A DNA stretch of 64,000 bases, taken from contig OZ076409.1 of assembly GCA_964187785.1 (NCBI GenBank), positions 72,046,001 to 72,110,000 of the forward strand, given 5' to 3'. The notes beneath the pieces were generated by a model. That model had not been told where the DNA came from. It ran no database searches and worked only from the letters and a program-made list of their open reading frames with translations. Positions within the stretch are counted from its first letter, which is position 1; every line of letters begins with the position of its first letter. Shown here piece after piece: positions 1 through 9,617 of this stretch. This DNA comes from Amphiscolops sp. MND2022. Lineage: Eukaryota. Position numbers and translations under genes: made by a program.

Positions 1-407
1 TGGACACTATATGATGTAATGGAGGTCGTGAGGAGAGCATTCGGAAATAACCGTTATGTTGACCCCAAAGTCCCCCTGGTACCGTTAACGACCGGAAATG
101 GCCAAATTTTGTGTCTATTGGGTACAAATGTTTGGTATTTTATGGATAAAAGTACCTGGAAGGTGTTTTAAAGGCCTCCAGAAGTGAACATAGTCATGAA
201 ACCTTGTGGGGGGTAACGGTATATAGCATCGGAAGTCCAAACCGTTGGTCACAGAATAGGTTTTTTGGTTTCAATATGTCTTTAGGCATAGTTTTGTGGG
301 TTGAATCGTCATAATATCAACTAATACGGACTTTTTTCGGAAATAAAATTTTTTCACATTAGTTTCAGGGACCTCCAATGCTTCAGTCAAAATAACCGTT
401 ACATTTT

Positions 408-451
408 GATAGCCTTTCAAGTTGACCTGGTGTCAACTTGGAAGGGCTATC
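408..451 (+). other. Internal bulged hairpin H1 (GATAGCC...CAAGTTG...CAACTTG...GGCTATC); representative of A, AL and BS copies
   Basis: 19-bp stem with one G-T pair, a single bulged base on the 3' arm and a 5-nt loop; conserved between otherwise dissimilar families. Confidence 0.8.
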
Positions 452-792
452 CTTCTAAAATCGTTAATCAACAGTGTTTTTGGGTAGGTATATGTTGCAT
501 TAGTACCAATTAGAGCTTCATCAACAGTTTGCCAACGGCAAAAACGATGTCGTGATAATTCCGTTATAAAAATATTAGTTAACAAATTGTTTTCAAAGTT
601 GATTTTTTCCATTAAAAATGTGTCCTAATGCCACCAAATTGAATAAAATAATAAATGGTATTGACTAAAACTAAATAACAATGAAAAAGAAGATCAACAT
701 TTTTATTAGGTCTCATTATGGAAGCAGAAACCTCACGTTTTAACTTAATTAACGTCAACGCCACATACTTTACATCAACGCCCACCGTCTGT

Positions 793-812
793 GGGCATGC
801 CGAGGCATGCCC
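793..812. promoter_or_regulatory. Conserved 20-bp palindrome GGGCATGCCGAGGCATGCCC (p53-family response-element-like); representative of 24 copies
   Basis: Present once per unit about 45-60 bp before CTAG; matches RRRCWWGYYY x2 with no spacer at 19 of 20 positions. Confidence 0.55.
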
Positions 813-869
813 TTCGACGACGTATACCAAACAACCTCCATATCTACACCCACCCGCGGTAGCAGCTAG

Positions 870-2861
870 GTGCGGGGGGGAAACCCCATCCCTTATCTTG
901 GAGGATTCGGGTAGGGTCCTGAATCCGAGTTCAGTGCCGCCAGCTCTCAGTAGAAATCTGGGCATTTTTTTGCGATCTCGTGATCTAACCATAGGATTTT
1001 AAAGTTGGAGCGGCCCCCACCAGATTTTCCAAAGTTATTCGCCCCCCACCGGGTTCCAGCGTGATTGAAATATTTTGACGGGGTACACGGGCGACCGTTA
1101 GGGGTCATTTTGGGGGTAAAATTTATAAAAGTTCGCATAACTTTTTTCCTGTTGGTTTAAAACTTTAGGACCCTGCTAAAAGTTTCTTGACCATGTTGCA
1201 GGGGCCCCGGAGGTCCAAACCAAATTTTTCTATCTTGAAGCTATCTCCAAGTACCCCCCCGCCCAAACCGTTATTTTTCCGGAAACGCCGGTTTTTGACC
1301 CGGAAGGAGTTGTCTGAGCGCGGGGTCGTTAGGTGATGTTTTGGGGACGGCTTTGAGACGAAGCGGGGGATATATAGTTTGCCGACCCCAGTTCACCCCC
1401 CGCACGGGAAATGACCGTTATATGAGCGGGAAAAATGCCCCCCTCCACGTTTTACCGCTATTTCCGGTGTGAAGGAGTGGGAGTAGCGCGTCGGGTGTTA
1501 TATAACAAAAGTAGGTTTAGACAAGGACCTATCGGAAACATGTAGTTTGGGACCCCCTGGTCCAACCTGTTAGCGGGAAATGGGGCTTCCGCCTCCTTTT
1601 TTTACTGCTAAAACCGTAAAATGGGCATTGAGGGGTAAATATCTCGTGAACGCGTGGAGCAATCGTGTCCATCACTACTACAAGGTTTCATACCCATGAT
1701 ATGGTGCCTTCAGGGGGGCAAACAGATTTCCGCTATCTATCACCGTTACCGACTTGGCCCCCCAGCCTAACCGCTATGTGACCGGAAATGTCACTTTTTG
1801 AGCCCAAAGGGTCGGTCCCAGCCGGGGAACGTTAGGTAACTTATTGTAGTACTCAATGAGACGAGTTGGGGCATATAGTTTCAGTCACCCCCCGTTACCC
1901 CTTGGGACCGGAAATGACCGTTATGTGGGTAAAATTGCCATTTTTGTCCTATTTGGAGGGCATTTAGATGCGGAAGGAGTGGTAATAGGTGCTTGGACAC
2001 TATATGATGTAAAAGAGGACGTGATGCGAGCATTCGAAATTAACCGTTATGTTGACCCCTAAGTCCCCCTGGTACCGTAAATGACCGGAAATGGTCTAAT
2101 TTTGTGTTTATTGGGTACAAATGTTTGGTATTTTATGAATTAAAGTACATGGAAGGTGTTTCAAAGGCCTCCAGAAGTGAACATCGTCATGAAACCTTGT
2201 GGGGGGTAACGGTATATAACACCGGAAGTCCAAACCGTTGGTCACAGAATAGGTTTTTTGGTTTCAAAATGTCTTTAGGCGTAGTTTTATGGGTTGAATC
2301 GTCATAAAATCAACTATTACGAACATTTTTCGGAAAAAAATTTTTTTCACATTAGTTTCAGAGACCTCCAATGCTTCAGTCAACATAACCGTTACATTTT
2401 GATAGCCTTTCAAGTTGGCCTGGCGTCAACTTGGAAGGGCTATCCTTCTAAAATCGTTAATCAAGAGTGTTTTTGGGTAGGTATATGTTGCATTAGTACC
2501 AATTAGAGCTTCATCAACAGTTTGCCAACGGCAAAAACGATGTCGTGATAATTCCGTTAAAAGAATATTAATTAACAAATTGTTTCCAAAGTTGATTTTT
2601 TCCATTCGAAGTGTGTCCTAATGCCACCAAATTGAATAAAATAATAAATGGTATTGACTAAAACTAAATAACATTGAAAAAGAAGCTCAACATTTTTAAT
2701 AGGTCTCATTATGGAAGCTGAAACCTCACGTTTTAACTTAATTAACGTCAACGCCACATACTTTACATCAACGCCCACCGTCTGTGGGCATGCCGAGGCA
2801 TGCCCTTCGACGACGTATACCAATTACATATATATCTACACCCACCCGCGGTAGCAGCTAG
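870..2861 (+). mobile_element. Unit 2, family A, 1992 bp non-coding module
   Basis: Bounded by GCTAGGTG junctions; left hairpin 903-926, H1 2401-2444, palindrome 2786-2805. Confidence 0.75.
903..926 (+). other. Left-end hairpin with TAGGGT loop; representative
   Basis: GGATTCGGG-TAGGGT-CCTGAATCC; equivalent hairpins with different stems follow each junction. Confidence 0.8.
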
Positions 2862-3679
2862 GTGGGCGGGGGTAATTCCCCAACTAAAAAATCGGCCGGC
2901 GGGTAGGGTCCTGCCGGCCGTCCAAAATCAAAAATATACTAGTAGAAAACGGCCGGTCAAACGAGCTATTTTTTTATTTAACCGTTAGAATTTGGGTTTA
3001 GATTGCATGCGGCCATGAAATGGCCATACGAATCGAAGTTCCTGCTGACGTTTTGCGATTGAAACACTTTATAAAAAGTTATGGCCAATTTGTCAGTCAC
3101 CTAGAAGGGCAAAATGAGGAAAATTTTAACAAAGTCGCTGATAACTCAAAATGTGTTATTTTTTGGACTTTGACTGTGAAACAAGCTTGGAACCTTCATT
3201 TCGTGGCTGTGGCATTGCACTGAACGCAAAAGATGTAAAGTTTTTACATTTTTTGAAAATTTGACATTTTTGAAATTTTTTTCACTACTATCAGTACCAT
3301 ATATGTCAAAAACACCTCAGAAAAAAATTTTTATTTGCTTTAACTTGGAAACCTTGGTATCCATGGTTTCTGTCGGAACCTACTCGCAACCAAACAACCA
3401 ACAGTTTGCATCCAATGTGAAAATAAAAAATTTTTCTGGGTCATAAGCGTTTCACAAGGATTTCTCAACTTAGTATTAATTTACAAAATGGTCATTTTGA
3501 ACACAATATTTTCATCGAGGCTTGTCGGCTATAGCCTTAATGTTCTAGAACGGTCCCACTGGCAACGTAGGAACCATTTATAGTAATAGAAAGTTTAAAA
3601 AATATATTTTCACCCTGTCTTCAGTCATTTTTCAGTCATTCGGAACTTAACTTAGAAAAATTTCGACCAAAATACCCAA

Positions 3680-5000
3680 TTTTTGACAGATCGAAAATTC
3701 AAATTCAACTTTTTAAGCAAAATTATTAACTCTGACGTAACCAGTGGGGCTCATGATACTCAAAAACACGATTGGGACTGGTACCAATGGCTCCAATATC
3801 ATATGAGCCGCGATAAGACGTTATTTTGAGCAATACGTCTCAATTGAGGGAAACATCTCGCAAGCCTGGGATCACAGTTAAAAGTGATTTCGTCAAAAAT
3901 TTACTCTTTTTCGTCAATCACTATGTACACAGAGTGCTTAGGGTGAGTTTCAGCACTATTATGCGGTTTTTGAAGGAATCGGTCTGCTCAAGGGGTGGTA
4001 TGAGACATTTTTTTTGCATGTAGTACTATATTTCTCAAAACTTTTAGCCCATTATCTCGAAAAGCTCACTTCGCAAATTACTTTCAGTTACTCTATTCGA
4101 AGCTTAGAATATATATGAACACTGTGGTTGATCAGAAACTCTTGACTATTTTGTTTTTGGAAAAAAACTGCCTTGCATGTGTTACATTAGTGGCAGGAAA
4201 AATACCAGTAGCTCCAAAAATCACAATTTTGGACGGACAGACCTGCAATGATGCAAAGCAAAAACGTTTCAACAACTTCTGGCGCCACTTTTTTTACCCA
4301 AGAGGTTCGAAATTACTATTAACAATGCTGACATTCGCTATAAATAAGATCGAGGTCAATTTACTAACACTTAGGTTATACATTTATATCTGAGAAACCA
4401 TTCTTTGTCAGGTCGCAATTTTAAATTTAGTTTGGGAAGCAATACTTTTCACTCTGAAGCAAACCGTTGGGCCCAAATTACTCAAAAACTACAAAAAGAC
4501 TGTCACCATATGCCCTAATAGCATATGAGATTCGACCGTATGTTTTTAACACAAAAACTCTCATCCGAAGTAAACATGTTGAAGGCCTTGAATCACCGTG
4601 AGAAATGATTTCATCAAAAAATATTCCTTTTTCGTCAATCTTTATTTACACAGAACACGTTGTGTCATTTTCAGCCGTGAAATGAGCTTCTACCGTAATA
4701 TGGGTTGCTCAAGGTGTTGTATAAGACAAAAACTTCCTCTTTTCTACTATCTTCTTCAAATATTTCAACCCTTTGTCACAAGAAGTTAATATTCAAAATC
4801 TCTTTGAAATGTTTCTTTAGGTTGGGGTGAAGTGTTAGAACAATAATTATGATCGAAGAATGATAGTATTGGTGTTTGGACCATGTCCGGATGAACAAAT
4901 TGCAAAATCATGAAAAATTTCTTACCATTTTTGGTCATTTTGTCAGTACTAAAAATGTTAGCTGAAAAAGAATTTTTTGATGGCACCATTGGATTCCTCT
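3680..5000 (+). repeat. Old diverged ~720-bp direct duplication inside BL units (bounds approximate)
   Basis: CTCTGACGTAACCAGTGGGGCTCATGATACTCAAAAAC near 3730 parallels CTCTGAAGCAAACCGTTGGGCCCAAATTACTCAAAAAC near 4452; TGCTCAAGG and other blocks also recur. Confidence 0.7.
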
Positions 5001-5095
5001 CAAAAAGTTAGCTATATGAACTGTGTAATAACCCCGTATCTTTTCAATTTAAATAATTTTAAAAAGCAAACTTTTTTGACTAAAATCCTAAAAAT

Positions 5096-6430
5096 CATAC
5101 CATTTCCTAAAAAATTTCAAATGCCCCCCATTTGACGTATAAGAATAGCACAGAAAACTATCACATACCGATCGACTCTACTTCCATTGTAGATTACCAG
5201 AATTTTGTTTAGAACAATTTTTGACGGATGCAAAAAAAAATTTAAACCCTCCAAAAAAGGGCCAAAATTACACGAAAAAATTGACCTTAAAATTTTAAAA
5301 TGTCGAAAAATCATCAAAACCACAGCTTCTTGGGGTTCTATCAACTCCACGTGGTCCACAGAGTATGTTAAAACAAGTTTTACCCGTATTTGTGCAATAT
5401 GTGAAAAAGCCGACTTTTTTGGGAATGAGAAACATACCATTTCCTAAAAAATTTCAAACGCACCCCATTTGACGTATAAGAATAGCACAGAAAACTATCA
5501 CATACCGATCGACTCTACTTCCATTGTAGGTTACCAGAATCTTGTTTAGAACAATTGTTGACGGATGCAAAAAAAAATTAAACCCTCCAAAAATGGGCCA
5601 AAATTACACGAAAAAATTGACCTTAAATTTTTAAAATGTCAAAAAATCATCAAAACCACAGCTTCTTGGGGTTCTATCAACTCCACGTGGTCCACAGAGT
5701 TTGCTAAAACAGGTTTTACCTGTTTCTGAGCTATATGTGAAAAAACCGACATTTTGGGGAAGAAAAACATACCATTTCCTAAAAAATTTCAAATGCACGC
5801 CATTTGCCGTATGAGAATAGCACAGAAAACTATCACATACCGATCAACTCTACTTCTATTGTAGATTATCAGATTTTTGTTTAGAACAAATTTTTATGGA
5901 TATAAAAAATTTTTAAACCCTCCAAAAATGAGCCAAAATAACACGAAAAAATGGACCCTAAATTTTTAAAATGTCAAAAAATTATCCAAACCACAGCTTC
6001 TTGGGGTTCTATCAGCTCCACGTGGTCCACAGAGTATGCTAAAACAGGTTTTGCCCGTTTTTGAGCAGTATATGAAAAAGCCGACATTTTTGGGGAAGAA
6101 AAACATACCATTTCCTAAATAATTTCAAATGCAGGCAATTTGCCGTATGAGAGTAGCACAGAAAACTATCACACACCGATCAACTCTACTTCTTTTGTAG
6201 ATTATCAGAATTATGTTTAGAGTAAAGTTTTATGGATATGAAAAATTTTTATACCCTCCAAAAATGGGCCAAAATGACACAAAAAAATTGACCTCAAATT
6301 TTTAAAATGTCAAAAAATTATCCAAACCACAGCGTCTTGGCGTTCTATCAACTCCAAATGACCTTCAGAGTATACCAAACCAGGTATTGCCAATCTTTTG
6401 AGCAATATTTAAAAACACCGACTATTTGGC
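5096..6430 (+). repeat. About 4 tandem copies of a ~336-bp repeat in unit 3 (end approximate)
   Basis: CATACCATTTCCTAA at 5096, 5433, 5768, 6104. Confidence 0.9.
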
Positions 6431-6657
6431 AAGAACACCATAATATGTTCCATATAAGAAGTGAATCATTCCACATATATACCCGGTCTAATATTTCCAA
6501 ATTAGCGATAACATTTATACATGATGGTTTTTGAAAGTGAGCTTCATAAGAGGTTGAGATGTAATAATACGTAAATGGACCCTAAGTTTCATTGAAATCT
6601 CAATGGAATACGTCCAATCAACTTCAATCCTAACTATTATATAACAAAAAACACTTG

Positions 6658-6698
6658 AGTACATTCCATCTCCCCATCGGGGGAGATGAGAATGTACT
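6658..6698 (+). other. Internal bulged hairpin H2 (AGTACATTCCATCTCCCC-ATCG-GGGGAGATGAGAATGTACT); representative of BL and D copies
   Basis: 9 bp + bulged A on the 3' arm + 9 bp + 4-nt loop; nearly invariant in diverged BL subtypes and in unit 15. Confidence 0.8.
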
Positions 6699-7623
6699 TT
6701 TCAAAAGCCAAAAACTTCGAATTTTAAATCTTTTGTAACATTGTATGTAACTGTTGAAACGATGAACGAATAAAAATGCTTCTAGTACCTTCATCAATTT
6801 TTGCTTCAGCTCCTATTTCTGCAGAACAAAACCAAAAGACACACTTACAGCAGTTAAGTTCGATTGTATAACTCAGTGAATAAAGGTATGACTGAGGAAG
6901 TTCACAAGTTGTTTCAAAAGTTTCCGGCCTTCCAAAATCATGAAACGTCCACACAACCAAGATAGCAAGTGAAAGAATGCTGAATGCACCTTATTAGATG
7001 AGATAAATAATGTGTGGAACTTGCCATTATCTCAAGATGACGTTGATTTATGATCTTTTAAGGATAGTTCGATATGTGACCACAATAGTGGAAAACCTAT
7101 TACTATTTGAAGAACACCGTGGAAAGCGTTCAGAAAGGACAGTATATTTGTTTCGAGCATGCATGCGTGTGTTCCTTTGGTGACGTTAGCTTAGTGTACA
7201 TGACGGAGGTATTCGAGAGAATATGATAGAGTTTACTCACAAGTCTTTGTTTTGTTAAACTTTCTATGCCGTTGAGTACATTCGTAAGGTACATCCATCC
7301 CCTTCTCTGGGAATGTACGTTTGCCAAATGACTGTCATCCAAAATTCGTAATCCGGACGAGTTTAACTACATAAACATGTGATGAGCGTTTTCAATTCAC
7401 AACCGAATAACATTTTTTTCTCGAAAATGATGATGGTTTTGATTTTGATGTCTTCTACTTTTATCATCATGCAAACGACCTTACCATGTCTCTCTTCTGT
7501 CGTCATTTGTACAACGCCACATACCGTTCCGACGCCCACCGTCTGTGGGCATGCCGAGGCATGCCCTTCGACGACGTATGCCAAATGAGCCATACCCGCA
7601 CTCTGGAGTGCGGTAGCGGCTAG

Positions 7624-9617
7624 GTGGGCGGTAGGTTTCCCGTAGTCAAAAAAAATTGCAGGCCGGGGTAGGGGCCCTGGCCGAGGCAAAATACCATAGA
7701 AAAGGTACCAAATTATGTGAGTTTAGAAAATTGAGCCATACAAATTCTCTGAAAATTGCTGTGTGTACCCTATCGCCCAATCTAAGAACTTTTTCCTGCT
7801 GACGTTTTGCTCTCCAAATGTTACTAATATGACTTTTTGAAAAATTTATCTCTGGTTTTTCATCAAAAATAGTGATTTTGGCAATTTTTGTGAAATATCT
7901 CTGATTGCATTAATTTTTGGACGTTGACTGTGAAACAAGGTCGGAACCATCATTTCGTGACCATGGCAATGCACTAAACACAAAAGATGTAGAGTTTTTA
8001 AATTTTTTGAAAATTTGACATTTTTGAATTTTTTTCACTACTATCAGTACCATATATGTCAAAATAACCTCAGAAAATTTTTTTTTATTTTATTTAATTT
8101 AGAATCCTTGCTATCCATGGTTTCTGTTAGTATCTACTCGCTGCCAGAGACTCAACAGTTAGCATCGAATCTGAAATTAAAAATTTTTTCGAGGTCATAG
8201 GTGTTTCACAAGGATTTCACAACATAGTCTTGTTTTACAAATAGGTCATTTACAACATCATATTTTCATCGAGGCATGTCGGATATAGTCTTATTGCTCA
8301 CGAACGGTCCTACTGGCAACGTAATAACCATTTATAGAAATATAAAGTTTTTAAAAAATCTTTTCACCCGTTCTTCAGACATTTTTCAGACATTCGGAAC
8401 TTAACTTAGAAAAATTTCGTCTCTAAAACCCATTTTTCGTCAGGTCGAAATTTGAAATTCAGCTTTTGAAGCACAAATATGCACTCTGACGTAACCAGTA
8501 GGGCCAATGATACTCAACAACACCATTGAGACTGGTATCAGTCGCTCCAAAAACATATGAGCCGTGATAAGACGTTTTTTTCAACAATACTGTTCAATTG
8601 ATGTAAACATTGCGGAAGCCTTGGATTACAGTGAAAGTTGATTTGAACAAAAATTTACTCTTTTTTGTCAATCACTATGTAGACAGAATGCGTAGGGTAA
8701 GTTTCAGCACTAATATGAAGATTTTGAAGGAATCGGGTTGCTCAAGGCGTGGTATGAGACACTTTTTTCTCATATACTAGTGTTTTTCAAAACCTTTTCG
8801 TTAAATATCTCGAAAAGCAAACATTAAAAAATACTTTCTGATATCTAATTTAATTCCTAGAATATAAATGAATCATGTGGTTGATCAGAAACTCTCTACT
8901 TTAATGTTTCCAGAAAAAAATCCCTTCCCATGTTTTATATCTGTAGCAGTAAAAAAAGTAGACGCTAAAAAATACGCTATTTTGCTAAGATTGAATTGCA
9001 ATTGTTTAGCTTTAAAACTCTTTTAATACTTCTAACGCCACCTTAAGGACTCAAGATGATTGAAAATGTCAATCACAATGCTGACATGTAGTCTTTCTAC
9101 GATCCTGGCTGGACAGATTTTGATTATTTTTCAAGTACCTGTTAACTGAATCTCGTGATAGCCTTCTAAGTTGACCTTCTGCGTCAACTTGAGAAGGCTA
9201 TCACTAAAATAAACTAAATTCTGATTTGTTTGTTTGTTCCTAACGTCTTTTGGTACGATCGTCTTACGGTTAGTTGGTTAAACCAGGTCGCTTATACTTC
9301 CACAATTTTCGACCACCGTCCGTGTATTCGGTTCACACGACTTTACATTTTCAGTCGTTTGTTTTCGATAACTTTCACAATGTACTGCCATTAGCGCAAA
9401 ATTCATACTAGTACTTGGTTGGTTGAAATACTTAAACAACTGTTTCCATAGTTATTCGCGGTGATGGTACAATCCGCGCGCCTACATACATACGGCGTCT
9501 TGTCACTACAACGCCACATAGGGAAACAACGCCCATAGTCCGTAGGCATGCCGAGGCATGCCTTTCGACGACGCGCGCCAAATCTATGCGCGCCCGCACT
9601 TGTGCGGTAGCTGCTAG
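7624..9617 (+). mobile_element. Unit 4, family BS (divergent), 1994 bp
   Basis: Bounded by GCTAGGTG; body homologous to the left part of BL; H1 at 9155-9204. Confidence 0.72.

Larger units (their letters stand above)
1..869 (+). mobile_element. Unit 1, family A (partial, right part only)
   Basis: Aligns by eye to the last ~870 bp of unit 2; H1 hairpin at 408-451, palindrome at 793-812, ends in CTAG 866-869. Confidence 0.7.
2862..7623 (+). mobile_element. Unit 3, family BL (subtype 1), 4762 bp
   Basis: Bounded by GCTAGGTG; contains ~336-bp tandem repeats and H2 hairpin; near-identical to units 19 and 24. Confidence 0.75.

Noticed and set aside
776..826. CRISPR array reading of the conserved palindromic repeat
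   Set aside because: Intervening segments are 1.2-4.7 kb and themselves repeated, not unique 25-50-nt spacers; no cas genes
861..872. Bracovirus proviral segment junctions with AGCT core
   Set aside because: AGCT is not invariant (GGCT and TGCT variants occur) and the segments carry no genes
750..930. tRNA, 5S rRNA, snRNA or spliced-leader RNA gene in the conserved junction block
   Set aside because: No cloverleaf, Pol III boxes or leader/Sm-site pattern recognised, and the two halves of the block assort independently; an Rfam search would be the formal test
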